NCBI GenBank assembly: GCA_037128175.1
Contig: JBAXWY010000003.1
Span: 77,076-141,075, forward strand
Source of the DNA: Methanothrix sp.
GTDB taxonomy: Archaea > Halobacteriota > Methanosarcinia > Methanotrichales > Methanotrichaceae
DNA: 64,000 nt
Direction of reading: 5' to 3'
Made by a program: the position numbers and the translations under genes. Shown here one piece after another: positions 9,315 to 19,938 of this stretch (position 1 is the stretch's first letter; each line of letters starts with the position of its first letter). A model generated the notes under the pieces. It was not told the origin of the DNA. It ran no database searches and saw nothing but the letters and a program-made list of their open reading frames with translations.

Positions 9315-11261
9315 TTAGATTATGCTGCATCCACTTATCTTGCTTTGAAAATCTGTTACCTCTTGCTGCGAAAGGACTTCTGAGATTTCCTTATCAGAGC
9401 ATTCTGAAATTTCCTTTTGATATTTAATTTTCTTAATTAGATTAAATGTTCTTGCATTTGCCTGTCGCAAAATAATACTGTATGCCTTTGGAAAAACGTC
9501 TATATTATCACCAATATTAATGTACTCGCATTCAATTTTTGCGCCAAGTACGTAACATAAAATTTTTGTGTTGGGCGACAATCTACCGGATTTATTAAGT
9601 GCTGTAGCATAATCCTCTGCTTGTCTCCTCTCTTTAATTTTAATTGAAGAACCGCCTTTCTTTAATTCAACAATTAGTATCTTCTTAAATCCGCAGACTT
9701 CTCCATTTTCATCAAAATCATCACTGCTATATACCCCTAATGAGGCATCAGGTAAGGCAATGAAATCCGGTCTCCTTTTTGAATGATCTATAATCCCATT
9801 TCCAAAGAATTTTTTTAAGACCGTGGAAAGCGTCAAATTTGATGTAAATTGTAGCCCTTCGAATTCTGGCCCAAATATCCAGAGTCCTTTTTCAAATAAC
9901 GGCTGCAAATCATGTAATTCATCTGTATTCACATTTTCTATTAAAATTTCCATCTTTTCTATCAGTCTCAATCGCCACTGCAATTCTTCCAGAACTAATT
10001 TGGCCTCATTAATGCTCCATTTATCGAGAATATCAGATAGTGTGTTTAAATCATCGGGGGCCAATTGCACGAGTTGCTGAAGTAGCTTAAAACCCGTCCT
10101 TGTCAACTCAATATTAGTAAGAATTTCTACGGTATTAGATAGATGTTCTTGCGTCATCGTTGGACATTTTTGCTGAACTTCGTCTATAAAATTGCCTACT
10201 TGCTCCTTTGATAGATTACTCAACTGCTTCAGATTTTGTTTATGTTTGGCCAAGACTGTTTTTTTGGCTGCAATACGAACATCTTGCATTAAGTTTTGTA
10301 TTGATTTCAGAATATACGAATTTATCAGATTTACAGTATTCTTTGCTCTTTGCGTATCCTTAAAATCAGTCCAATCCGCCTTGACTTCATCTATTAGAAA
10401 ATCAGCCATTACGATAAATGTGTATCTCTTTGCCTCCGATGTTCTTGCATCAAGATAACTGCCATCCAATCCTTTCCATGAATGCTCCCCTACCAATCTG
10501 TTATTTACCCACCACGCAACACCATGTTGTTTGCTAGTCCTTCCTGTAGACTTGCTATCAAGTCTCAAAATTCTAACGATTCCTTCTCCAGAAATATCAT
10601 AAAATTCTTCATGAATATCATTAGAATCGAAAAGCTCGATCTTATGCCCATTTAAGTTTATCGAAAAGGAAGGATCTGTAATAAATTTGGTGCCCAAAAG
10701 CTCTTTAACTTCATCAATTATAATATAATTTTTATCTATTAAGCAATATATTTTCGTACCGTGCCCTTCCTTAGCAATTTGGCTAATGAATTTTATGCTA
10801 AAAGGAGCGTTACGTGATCCCTCATCTTGATAATTTCTATTTACTGTGAATGTAGATGCTATTCCATTTTTCCATGTTTCAACGAAATACTCATCAGCAA
10901 AACAAAAAAGACTGTGTCTACCTTTTCCGTTTCTTCCATATGCAGCTCGTTTGGTTACCGTAGTGGAATCAGGAAATTTGACTTGTGGACCTTGTCTCAA
11001 AACACGATTATAACTTAATTCAAGCCAAATATTTTCAAATTCTTCTTTCGCCATTCCTGTTCCATCATCAACTATCTGAAATTGTCCTTTTACTTTTTCA
11101 GGCCATGTTATCTCAACATTTGATGCTCCTGCATCCCAGCAATTTGCGACGAGTTCTACAACAGCGATACGTGGCTCGGATATCATGCGACCAACATGGT
11201 CTTCTAGGAACCCTTCCCCAAAAAAGGGCCTTAAGCTTGATTGTGATGTTTCTGCAGGCAT
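9315..11261 (-). CDS. GHKL (MORC-like) ATPase fused to a PD-(D/E)xK nuclease-like domain
   Basis: ELVANCWDA, DDGTGM, GRNGKG, GTKI; C-terminal LQPLFEKGLWIFG...RPDF...IVELKK...QAEDY; AT-rich relative to hsdM. Confidence 0.8.
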   Translation of the reverse strand: MPAETSQSSLRPFFGEGFLEDHVGRMISEPRIAVVELVANCWDAGASNVEITWPEKVKGQFQIVDDGTGMAKEEFENIWLELSYNRVLRQGPQVKFPDSTTVTKRAAYGRNGKGRHSLFCFADEYFVETWKNGIASTFTVNRNYQDEGSRNAPFSIKFISQIAKEGHGTKIYCLIDKNYIIIDEVKELLGTKFITDPSFSINLNGHKIELFDSNDIHEEFYDISGEGIVRILRLDSKSTGRTSKQHGVAWWVNNRLVGEHSWKGLDGSYLDARTSEAKRYTFIVMADFLIDEVKADWTDFKDTQRAKNTVNLINSYILKSIQNLMQDVRIAAKKTVLAKHKQNLKQLSNLSKEQVGNFIDEVQQKCPTMTQEHLSNTVEILTNIELTRTGFKLLQQLVQLAPDDLNTLSDILDKWSINEAKLVLEELQWRLRLIEKMEILIENVNTDELHDLQPLFEKGLWIFGPEFEGLQFTSNLTLSTVLKKFFGNGIIDHSKRRPDFIALPDASLGVYSSDDFDENGEVCGFKKILIVELKKGGSSIKIKERRQAEDYATALNKSGRLSPNTKILCYVLGAKIECEYINIGDNIDVFPKAYSIILRQANARTFNLIKKIKYQKEISECSDKEISEVLSQQEVTDFQSKISGCSII

Positions 11262-11270
11262 GTATTTCCT

Positions 11271-12836
11271 CTAACGATTTAGGCTTTGAAAATCTTTTTG
11301 CTTGACCAGGAATCGCTTAATTTCTGACATCAATTCCGCAATTCTTTTCTCTTTTTCCAGTATGCTATCCACCAGCTCCTCGGGCGGCAGTTGCTCCAGA
11401 TCCTTCTTTCCGTTGGGGTTCTTGATATCCAGATTGTAGTTATTCTGGGCAATCTGCTCCGCCGGCACCCTCCAGGCCCTTTCGCCCTCGCCCCGCTCCT
11501 TCCACCAGGCCAGGCAGTCGGCAAACTCCTCGAACTGCAGAGGCTTGGTCTTGGTGTAGTTCTTGCGGCCCTCGGGCAACGGCAACTCGTAGTACCAGAC
11601 CTCTTTGGTCGGCCCGGTGCGGTCGAAAAAGAGCAGATTAGTGGGAATTCCGGTATAGGGCGCGAAAACTCCATTGGGCAGCCTGATAATAGTATGCAGA
11701 TTGAACTCCCTCAGCAGCTCCTCTTTGATCCGTGCCGCTACGCCATCCCCGAAGAGAGCCCCGTTGGGCACGACCACGCCCGCGCGTCCGGGCGCGGGAG
11801 CGCGTCGCAGCTTGCGCATGATGAGCTGCAAAAATAGCAAGGTAGTCTCCGAGGTCTGCTTGTCTTCGGGAAAATTGCCCAGAATGCCGCGCTCCTCCTC
11901 GCCGCCAAAGGGCGGATTGGTGAGGATCACGTCCACACGATCTTTGTCGCCCACTTCTCGCAAGGGGAAGCGCAGGCTGTTCTCAGGATCGATTTGGGGA
12001 AACTCGAGACCATGCAATAGCAGGTTCATCTGGCAGAGCATGTAAGGCAGGGGCTTGGCCTCACCGCCATAGATGCTGTGCTTTTGCAGCACGATAGCGT
12101 CCTCCACCGTCTTGCATTGCTCATACAGGTGCTTGTAAGTCTCCACCAAAAAGCCGCCCGTGCCGTTGGCCGGGTCCAGGAAGGTCTCGCCCAGCCTTGG
12201 ATCTGTCACAGCCACCATGAAGCGAATCACCGGGCGGGGCGTGTAGAACTCGCCTGAGTCGCCCGCAGCATCCCGCATCTCCTTGAGCATGGACTCGTAA
12301 AGGTGGCTCAAGGTGTGAATCTCCTCAGAGGAGCTGAAGTGGATGCTGTTGATCTTGTTGATCAGATCCCGCAAAAGATAGCCGCTGATCATGCGGTTGA
12401 CCGTGCCCCGGAAGACGGTGGCGATCACATCCCTCCGGTCGCCTCCGTTTTCGCCCTGCAAGGCCCGCAGGTAGGCAAAGAGGCCCGGCCCCTCGCCTCC
12501 GCCCGGCCGGGTGGCTCGGTCCTGATTGATGAAGGCGATCAGCGAGTCTCCGGTGATGCCATCCTCGGGCGCGGCCCAATCCCGCCAGCGGTAGGGAGCA
12601 GCGATGGCCGGACGGAACTTCTCGCCCTTCAAAAACGCTTCAGACTCCCTGAGTTTCTCCATGTCGTCGATGAACTTGAGGAACATCACCCAGACCAGCA
12701 TGGGCAAGCGGTCCAGATCGCCGGAGAGGCCCTTATCCTTTCGCATTATATCCCGGCAGGACTTGACGATGCTGCCTAATTGCTGCGCTGTGGTGAGTGC
12801 GACTTCAGAGGCATTAGTTTTACGAGTTCGGGCCAT
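11271..12836 (-). CDS. hsdM: Type I R-M N6-adenine methyltransferase
   Basis: GEFYTPR, DPANGTGGF, TNPPFGG. Confidence 0.96.
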   Translation of the reverse strand: MARTRKTNASEVALTTAQQLGSIVKSCRDIMRKDKGLSGDLDRLPMLVWVMFLKFIDDMEKLRESEAFLKGEKFRPAIAAPYRWRDWAAPEDGITGDSLIAFINQDRATRPGGGEGPGLFAYLRALQGENGGDRRDVIATVFRGTVNRMISGYLLRDLINKINSIHFSSSEEIHTLSHLYESMLKEMRDAAGDSGEFYTPRPVIRFMVAVTDPRLGETFLDPANGTGGFLVETYKHLYEQCKTVEDAIVLQKHSIYGGEAKPLPYMLCQMNLLLHGLEFPQIDPENSLRFPLREVGDKDRVDVILTNPPFGGEEERGILGNFPEDKQTSETTLLFLQLIMRKLRRAPAPGRAGVVVPNGALFGDGVAARIKEELLREFNLHTIIRLPNGVFAPYTGIPTNLLFFDRTGPTKEVWYYELPLPEGRKNYTKTKPLQFEEFADCLAWWKERGEGERAWRVPAEQIAQNNYNLDIKNPNGKKDLEQLPPEELVDSILEKEKRIAELMSEIKRFLVKQKDFQSLNR

Positions 12837-12855
12837 GGAATTACTACTCCTATCA

Positions 12856-15192
12856 TCAAGCAGCGTACAAAAGCACTTGTAGCTGGTCCACTGCGTCTTT
12901 TAACCTTTCCTCTCCACCAAAGATGGTGATTATCTCCGTTACGTTCCCGTGTTCGGAAATAGGTGGCACCTTCAGCACCTGTGGCATCACGAACTGGGCC
13001 GTGCCGTGCTCTGAGTACTTCTCCAGCAGCTCCTCCAAAATGGCCCTGGCCTCCGGGCCGTATTGCCCAAAGAAGTCCGGCTTCTTTCGCCGAAGTTGCT
13101 CCGCTCGCTGCCTGCGCGTCTGCAGGGGCGCATTGAAGGCCAGGTGGCAGAGCAGGTCAAAGGAATCAGCCTCAGGCTGTCCGGCCTCACGGGCCAGGCT
13201 CTGGAAATCAATTCCTCTCTCCTCCAGGGCGGCCATGATCTCCGCCCTCTGCTCGAGATCTGCCCACTTGGCCCGCAGGACGGAGGCCGTGGGATAAAGC
13301 GTTCTCACCTTTTCGGCGGCATAGTCTGTGAACTTGATGACACGCAGTTGCTTTCCATCCGGGTCCAGCTCGGAGACGTAGTGCGTGGCGATCTCAAAGT
13401 GCCCGCCGTCCACGTAGAACTTGCGCGGTGCATTTTCACCCTCATTCGGCGTGTTCGCCTCTTCGTCCTCTCCGCCACTGCCGCCCGCTCTGCCTCCTCC
13501 TCCACCCTTTTTGCTCTCCCCATCACCTGTGCCAATGGGGTCTCCGTCAAAATCCGGATCGGCGAAGAGCAGCGTGGCGCTGCCCGTGTAATCCAGAATG
13601 GAGAAGAAGAGCTTGCCGTAGTCGTCCCGCACTCGTGTGCCCCGGCCAATGATCTGCTTGAACTCGGTCATGGAGCCAATAACCCTGGCCAGAACGATAT
13701 TCTTGCAGGTGGGCGCATCTACGCCCGTGGTGAGCAGCTTGGAGGTGGTCAGAATCACGGGCGTGATAGTCTCAAGCTCCTGAAACCGGCCCAAATGGCC
13801 CATTCCAATCTGTCCCTCATCCGATGTCACCCGGCAGACATAATCTGAATTCTTGGCCACCAGATCGGAATTAAGGTTATTGAGCGCCCGGCGCATGTCG
13901 TCGGCGTGCTCCTGGTCCACGCAAAAGACGATGGTCTTGGCGAATCGATCCGTATTTCTCATGAACTCGGCCAGATGGCGAGCGATGGCCTCAGTGCGCG
14001 CCCGCAAAGCAATGACGCGCTCGAAATCCTTGGTCTGGTACTCGCCATCCGGAATCTCATGGCCAAAGCGATCCTTCTCTCCCTGGCTGGGCCTCCAGCC
14101 AGCCGCATCCACATCCGTGACAATGCGATGCACCCGGTAAGGAGCCAGAAATCCGTCCTCAATTCCTTGCCGCAGACTGTAGGTGTAAATGGGATCGCCA
14201 AAGTAGGCGTAAGTGTCCCGGTTGTCATCGCGTAGCGGGGTGGCCGTCATTCCCAACTGGTAAGCGGGCTGGAAATACTCCAAAATTTCTCGCCAGTTGC
14301 TCTCGTCCCTGGCACTGCCCCGGTGGCACTCATCTACTATTATCAGATCAAAGAAATCCGGCTGGTATTCGCGGAAGAGGCTTGGTCGCCGCTCGTCCTT
14401 GGCCAGGGATTGGTAGATGGCAAAGTACATCTCGCGGCTCTTGATGGCATCTCCATTCTCGATCTTCCAGCGAGCGTCTCCAAAGGGCGTGAACGTCTTG
14501 TCCTTGGGGTCATCGATGAGGATATTCCTGTCTGCCAGGTAGAGAATTCTGGGGCGTCGCTTCTCGCCCCGTGCATTCCAGCCGGACTCCCACAGCTTCC
14601 AGCAGATCTGGAAGGCCACGAAGGTCTTGCCGGTCCCCGTGGCCATGGTCAAAAGAACGCGATTCTTGCCCTGCAAGATGGCTTCAATGGACCGGTTGAT
14701 GGCAATCTCCTGATAGTAGCGAGCCACCTTTCCCGGCGAGTGGTAGTAGGGGGATAGAATTCGCTCTTTGGTCTGTGCGTCCTCAATTTTAGATGCCTGG
14801 CAATAGCGCGACCACAGCTCCTGCGGGGAAGGAAACGCCTCAAGGAAACATTCTTTTCCGGTTGTGAAGTCGAATTCGACTATACCTTCTCCGTTTGTGG
14901 CATAGGCGAATTTCAGGCCCAGAAATTGTGCGTACTCTTTGGCCTGTTGCAGTCCATCGCCCGGGTTTTTATATTTTGGTTTGGCTTCGACAACAGCAAT
15001 CTTGAAATCACGTGTATAGCGAAGCAGGTAATCGGCGCGCTTCCGGCTTTTTCGCTTGGCCTTATCGCCTACAACGAATATGCGGCCATCTGTAAAGTTC
15101 TGCTGCCCGGTGAAAGAATGGGGCTCATCGTCCCAGCCCGCTTGGACGAGTCTGGGCTCCACATATTTTCTGCAGGTATCTGCTTCGTTCAA
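12856..15192 (-). CDS. hsdR: Type I R-M restriction subunit (EcoAI/EcoEI-like)
   Basis: ADYLL...VEAK nuclease, MATGTGKT, DECHRG, TATP, QIIGRGTR, EcoEI-like C-terminus; TTG start. Confidence 0.96.
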   Translation of the reverse strand: MNEADTCRKYVEPRLVQAGWDDEPHSFTGQQNFTDGRIFVVGDKAKRKSRKRADYLLRYTRDFKIAVVEAKPKYKNPGDGLQQAKEYAQFLGLKFAYATNGEGIVEFDFTTGKECFLEAFPSPQELWSRYCQASKIEDAQTKERILSPYYHSPGKVARYYQEIAINRSIEAILQGKNRVLLTMATGTGKTFVAFQICWKLWESGWNARGEKRRPRILYLADRNILIDDPKDKTFTPFGDARWKIENGDAIKSREMYFAIYQSLAKDERRPSLFREYQPDFFDLIIVDECHRGSARDESNWREILEYFQPAYQLGMTATPLRDDNRDTYAYFGDPIYTYSLRQGIEDGFLAPYRVHRIVTDVDAAGWRPSQGEKDRFGHEIPDGEYQTKDFERVIALRARTEAIARHLAEFMRNTDRFAKTIVFCVDQEHADDMRRALNNLNSDLVAKNSDYVCRVTSDEGQIGMGHLGRFQELETITPVILTTSKLLTTGVDAPTCKNIVLARVIGSMTEFKQIIGRGTRVRDDYGKLFFSILDYTGSATLLFADPDFDGDPIGTGDGESKKGGGGGRAGGSGGEDEEANTPNEGENAPRKFYVDGGHFEIATHYVSELDPDGKQLRVIKFTDYAAEKVRTLYPTASVLRAKWADLEQRAEIMAALEERGIDFQSLAREAGQPEADSFDLLCHLAFNAPLQTRRQRAEQLRRKKPDFFGQYGPEARAILEELLEKYSEHGTAQFVMPQVLKVPPISEHGNVTEIITIFGGEERLKDAVDQLQVLLYAA

Positions 15193-15389
15193 TAAGAAAT
15201 CTTCTTTGATCCCTACGCCCCCAACCAGTTACATGCTGATATGTGGAATCTGAATCAAAGTTCTATCATCAAGTATTTCTTACTTGCGTAATTATAGTAC
15301 CGGTTAAAACTTTATGAAAAAATATTCAAAAACAATTTGATTGGCCATCCAGAACAATATTAATGTAGGAGACACCAGGGTTTAGCCCG

Positions 15390-16574
15390 ATGACCGAGAT
15401 CCGAGACCCCGTGCACGGCTATGTTTTGCTGGAGGGCCTGGCCCTGGAAATCGCGGACACACCCCAGATGCAGCGGCTGCGCTGGATCAAGCAGCTCGGC
15501 CTGGCCAGCCTGGTCTATCCCGGTGCCAATCACACTCGCTTCGAGCACAGCCTGGGAGCCTACCATCTGGCAGATCTGCTTGCGAACCATCTCGGTTTGC
15601 CAGAAGAGGATAAGATGCTGGTTTGCGCCGCAGCACTTTTGCACGACGTGGGCCACGGGCCACTCTCCCATGCCACCGAGTCGGCTCTTGCCCCATACCT
15701 GCGAAAAGATCACGAGAGCATCATTGATCTACTGAAGAAGGGCGAGCTTCGGGTAGTTTTAGACAACTACGGCCTGAAGGCCACCGATATTCAGGCCGCC
15801 ATAAATGGAGTAGGTCTGGGGCAGATCGTGAGCGGCGAGATCGATGTGGATAGGATGGACTACCTGATCCGGGATGCTCACTACACAGGCGTAGCCTACG
15901 GAGTGATCGATCGATTGCGTCTACTGCAAAAGATGACCCTTCACCAGGGACAGCTGGTGGTGGAGGCAGGAGGCGTGCAGGCGGCGACATCGCTTCTCAT
16001 CTCCCGGCTGCTCATGCATCCATCCGTTTATTATCATCATGTCTGCCGCATCTCGGAGTGCATGATCTCCGCCGGGATCCGGCGCATGATTGAGGACGGA
16101 GCCAATGCTCCAACCGTAAAAGACATGGACGACATCCAGCTCTTCAATTCCCTGGAAAGGTCGGGCGGCTATGCGGCGGAGATGGCTTCTCGCATCAAAT
16201 CTCGGAGAATTTTTAAGCGCGCCGTTTACGTCGGGCTGGAGTGCCTGGACCCTTCCGTTCTCAAGGTAAGCGAAAAGATGCTGGCCCAGGAGATTGCCCA
16301 TGAGGCGGGAGTAGAGGCAGATTACATTCTGGTGGACAATCCCACGCTTCCTGATACACCGGAGGGCAACTTTCCCGCTCTCGTCGAGGGTGAGGTCAGA
16401 CCCCTGCGGGAGGTGTCTCCGCTAGTCAGCATCCTGGAAAGGGCGCACCGGGCTACCTGGCGCTTCGGGATCTACTGCCGGGAGGAAGATCGGGAGAATG
16501 TGGCCCAGGCGGCGCGAAGGTGTCTGAATCTCAAGAAAAATAGACTGATTTACAGATATATAAATACGTTTTAA
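15390..16574 (+). CDS. Conserved archaeal HD-domain phosphohydrolase
   Basis: RDPVHG, HTRFEHSLG, LHDVGHGPLSH, DVDRMDYLIRDA. Confidence 0.9.
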   Translation: MTEIRDPVHGYVLLEGLALEIADTPQMQRLRWIKQLGLASLVYPGANHTRFEHSLGAYHLADLLANHLGLPEEDKMLVCAAALLHDVGHGPLSHATESALAPYLRKDHESIIDLLKKGELRVVLDNYGLKATDIQAAINGVGLGQIVSGEIDVDRMDYLIRDAHYTGVAYGVIDRLRLLQKMTLHQGQLVVEAGGVQAATSLLISRLLMHPSVYYHHVCRISECMISAGIRRMIEDGANAPTVKDMDDIQLFNSLERSGGYAAEMASRIKSRRIFKRAVYVGLECLDPSVLKVSEKMLAQEIAHEAGVEADYILVDNPTLPDTPEGNFPALVEGEVRPLREVSPLVSILERAHRATWRFGIYCREEDRENVAQAARRCLNLKKNRLIYRYINTF

Positions 16575-16644
16575 TATGGATATTTTCTTGCGACTTGTCC
16601 TATAACAGTTACCTTTAAGTCGCAAGAGAGCATAAAAGACAGGA

Positions 16645-17097
16645 ATGGCATTTTCCGATGACGGACCGGCGATGAACAAGAATATTCTGGTCAAGACCAT
16701 TCAGACCATGAACCAGCACCTGCCCAGTAAGCGAACCAATTTGGCCGAACTTTTGACCATGGAGAAGCCCGGCGTCAAGGGAAAGGATAATACTTTTTTC
16801 ATCATGGACAAGGCCGAACTGAATCTGATCTCAGAGAGCCTGCCCAGATTTCTCTGGAGCCGACTGCGGCTACCCATGCTAATTGAGATGTCTCCCGATT
16901 TTGGCAATGGCGCTGCCCGGGTGCAGGGCGAGCCGGAGGTAGAGCTTGTAGCCAAGATCTTAGGCAAAGAAAGGCCGCAAGCCCAAACAAGGCAGATAAT
17001 AATCTATCTTGCAGAGGTAAGGGAGCTACGAAGAAAGCTTCCCACCACCACCCAGTATGCTTTTGTAGCCAATCTCCGGGAGAGGATAGAGGACTGA
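16645..17097 (+). CDS. DUF61-family protein
   Basis: MNQHLP.KR..L.ELL...LRLP...LRRKLPTTTQYAF. Confidence 0.8.
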   Translation: MAFSDDGPAMNKNILVKTIQTMNQHLPSKRTNLAELLTMEKPGVKGKDNTFFIMDKAELNLISESLPRFLWSRLRLPMLIEMSPDFGNGAARVQGEPEVELVAKILGKERPQAQTRQIIIYLAEVRELRRKLPTTTQYAFVANLRERIED

Positions 17098-17180
17098 TAG
17101 GTTCTTATTCCAGGGACAATAATATTGTATTGCATAAAAATTGGAGTTCCTAGCTGTATCGAGTGGGTAATAGTATAATA

Positions 17181-17313
17181 GAGTCTCTGTGAGTTCTCCG
17201 TGTGCTCTCGGGTCTCTGTGGTTGAAACGTCGTTAGCCGCTGGTTATAACCAATGGCTACGAACCATTCACCACAGAGTTCACAGAGTACGCACAGAGAG
17301 ACGAACTGACAAC
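17181..17313. repeat. Palindromic intergenic element (CTCTGTG-rich arms, TGGTTATAACCA core), copy 1
   Basis: Left arm ...GGTCTCTGTGGT, core CGTTAGCCGCTGGTTATAACCAATGG, right arm ACCACAGAG... Confidence 0.85.
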
Positions 17314-17379
17314 TGAAAAAACATAGTAATTGGAAATAGCGAAGAGCTAAAATTGGTGATACCGTTATGGAGGATTTCT

Positions 17380-17931
17380 ATGGATGATAGTAATCTGGCC
17401 GAAGGTGCAAGACAGTTTACCATAAAGATGAACCTGGGTGCCTACCAGGAGGCGGCAAAGATTAAGTCCGACTTTGGTTTGCCGAGTGATATGCTAATCG
17501 AGGCTGTCCGCAAAGCCTACGATGTTAATATGAAGAAAGGCGACTACTCTTTGGCTGCCGATCTGGCCAAGAAGTACGACCTTCCCGCGAATCTTCGATT
17601 GGAAGCGGCAGAGCGGTCATTCAACCGGAAAATCGACAGCGAGTTTTATCATGCGGCTGCCGATTATGCCAAGGAATATGGCCTTCCTCAGGATCTGGTC
17701 CGGCAGGCTGCGGTTCAGGCTTATAATAAGAGCATGAGCTTTGGTCTGGTTAAGAACGCAGCCGAGATTGCCGAGGAGTTTGAGCTTCCTAATGAGATGC
17801 TGCTGCAAGCGGCCACTAAGTCCTACGAGCTGCATATGCAAGCCGGCCTTTACCGCAAGGCTTTGAAGATCGCGCAAAAGTACAAGCTTCCGCCGGAAAT
17901 GATTCAGGCGGCAGAGAAGAAGATCTCCTAA
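17380..17931 (+). CDS. Alpha-helical repeat protein (~5 units of ~37 aa)
   Basis: Recurrent G.Y..AA.IA..Y.LP.E...QA; GGAGG RBS before ATG at 17380. Confidence 0.8.
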   Translation: MDDSNLAEGARQFTIKMNLGAYQEAAKIKSDFGLPSDMLIEAVRKAYDVNMKKGDYSLAADLAKKYDLPANLRLEAAERSFNRKIDSEFYHAAADYAKEYGLPQDLVRQAAVQAYNKSMSFGLVKNAAEIAEEFELPNEMLLQAATKSYELHMQAGLYRKALKIAQKYKLPPEMIQAAEKKIS

Positions 17932-17958
17932 ATTCGCCGGACAAAAAATGGGTGACAA

Positions 17959-18798
17959 ATGCCACAAGTCGTGCTTACCATCGGCGGCTCTGACTCGGGG
18001 GGCGGGGCCGGCATCCAGGCGGACCTTAAGACGTTCTGCGTCCTGGGACTGCATGGAACCTGCGCCGTCACCGCCATTACTGCCCAAAACACTCAGGGTG
18101 TGCAACGGGTCTATGGCCTGGAACTCGGCATAGTAGTAGAGCAGATGAGGTCGATCACTGATGATTTCTCCGTTGCTTTTGCTAAAACGGGCATGCTCCA
18201 CTCCGCCGAGATTGTGACTGCGGTGGCCCATCACCTGCGGATGACAGATATCCCCTTCGTCTTAGATCCGGTGATTGAAGCGGAAGCGGGTGGCAGGCTG
18301 CTTCGACCTGAGGCGGTAGAGGCGCTAAAAGCAGACCTCATTCCACTGGCAACGGTAGTAACTCCCAATATCTTCGAGGCCCAGGCTCTGACGGGAATAG
18401 TGGTTCGCGACAGAGACAGTGCAAAACTCGCCGCACATGAGATCTTAGAGCTTGGGCCAAAAGCGGTAATCGTTAAGGGCGGCCATCTGGACTGCACCGA
18501 TCTCCTGGCGAATGATGTTGAGGTCATCCTTTTGCCGGGGAGAAGGGTGGCGGGGGGCAACCACGGCGTAGGATGCACCTACTCTGCCGCATTAACATCA
18601 TTTCTGGCCCAGGGCTGCTCCCTTAAAGATGCGGCCTGCCAGGCCAAGAGGTTCGCAGAAAGGGCGCTTCTCGGCAGCATGCGAGTGGGAAAGGGCGTGG
18701 GGCCGGTCAACCAGGCAGCGGCATGCGGCGAATCGCTATTGTCCATGAACTTCGCTAGACAAGCGGTAGGGACAACCCCCGGGGACGGGAAGATATAA
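17959..18798 (+). CDS. thiD: Hydroxymethylpyrimidine/phosphomethylpyrimidine kinase
   Basis: [41 protein letters not shown]. Confidence 0.95.
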   Translation: MPQVVLTIGGSDSGGGAGIQADLKTFCVLGLHGTCAVTAITAQNTQGVQRVYGLELGIVVEQMRSITDDFSVAFAKTGMLHSAEIVTAVAHHLRMTDIPFVLDPVIEAEAGGRLLRPEAVEALKADLIPLATVVTPNIFEAQALTGIVVRDRDSAKLAAHEILELGPKAVIVKGGHLDCTDLLANDVEVILLPGRRVAGGNHGVGCTYSAALTSFLAQGCSLKDAACQAKRFAERALLGSMRVGKGVGPVNQAAACGESLLSMNFARQAVGTTPGDGKI

Positions 18799-18848
18799 AT
18801 TGGTGAGGCAAGGATGCACAACGAATTGCTCTAGCTGGAGTGTTGATT

Positions 18849-19070
18849 ATGGGAAGTGTAAAACCTAGTTATATCAAGAATTTCGCGATGGATCTGTTGA
18901 GAACCTACGAAAGCTCATTTAGCCCTGACTTTGAACAAAATAAACTGGTAGTATCAGAGTACACCGACATCAAAAATAAGACCATACGAAATCGTGTTGC
19001 AGGATATATTTCCAATGTGATGCGGCAGAGACGAACTCGCCGAGGCGAGGTCGAGATCGATGCTGCTTAA
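18849..19070 (+). CDS. rps17e: 30S ribosomal protein S17e
   Basis: MGSVKPSYIK...DFEQNK...IRNRVAGYI. Confidence 0.95.
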   Translation: MGSVKPSYIKNFAMDLLRTYESSFSPDFEQNKLVVSEYTDIKNKTIRNRVAGYISNVMRQRRTRRGEVEIDAA

Positions 19071-19938
19071 AGGCGTGTTTCCCGCATTAATTACGCCGTT
19101 TTTGGAAGATGAGAGCTTGGATGAGGAGGGACTGAGGAAGAACATTGATTACCTGAATAAAACCGGCATAGCAGGCATTGTTCCCTGCGGCACAACTGGT
19201 GAGTCGGCCACATTAACCTTTGAGGAGCATAAAAGGGTAGTGGAGATTGCCGTGGAATCTTCCAAGGTACCAGTAATTGCAGGCACGGGCTCAAACAATA
19301 CCCGTGAGGCTTTGGAGCTGACGCGCCATGCGGCCAAAGCCGGTGCATCTGCTGCTTTATTGATCACGCCTTACTACAACAAGCCCAATGATCGGGGTAT
19401 GTTCGAGCATTTCAAGACTATCGCCGAAAAGTGCGACATCCCAATTGTGCTCTATAATGTTCCCAAGAGAACCGGAATAGATCTCAAGCCGGAATTGGTC
19501 GCGAAATTGTCCAAGGTAAAGAACATCGTGGCCATAAAGGAAGCCAGTGGAAGCCTCTCTCAGCAATCTCAGATCATCGAGCTAACTCGCGACAGCGATT
19601 TTGTCGTTCTCTCGGGAGATGATGATCTGACCCTGCCCACCATGTCTCTGGGCGCCAAAGGTGTAGTTTCCGTGGTGGCCAATGTGGCTCCTAGAAAGAC
19701 TGTGGCCATGGTGGACGCTATTTTGAAGGGCGACTTCGAGAAAGCGAGAGCGCTGCACTATGAGCTTGCCCCCCTGGTGCGAGCCATGTTCCTGGAGACT
19801 AATCCTATTCCGGTGAAGACGGCTCAAAAATATCTGGGGCGGGCCGGCGGACCAATGCGTCTTCCTCTGGGGCAAATGGCTCCTGAGAAAGAGCTCTTCT
19901 TAAAAGAGATACTGGAAAGGCTAGGCGAGAGAGCATGA
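19060..19938 (+). CDS. dapA: 4-hydroxy-tetrahydrodipicolinate synthase
   Basis: GTTGES, YNVPKRTG, IKEASG, SGDD. Confidence 0.97.
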   Translation: MLLKGVFPALITPFLEDESLDEEGLRKNIDYLNKTGIAGIVPCGTTGESATLTFEEHKRVVEIAVESSKVPVIAGTGSNNTREALELTRHAAKAGASAALLITPYYNKPNDRGMFEHFKTIAEKCDIPIVLYNVPKRTGIDLKPELVAKLSKVKNIVAIKEASGSLSQQSQIIELTRDSDFVVLSGDDDLTLPTMSLGAKGVVSVVANVAPRKTVAMVDAILKGDFEKARALHYELAPLVRAMFLETNPIPVKTAQKYLGRAGGPMRLPLGQMAPEKELFLKEILERLGERA

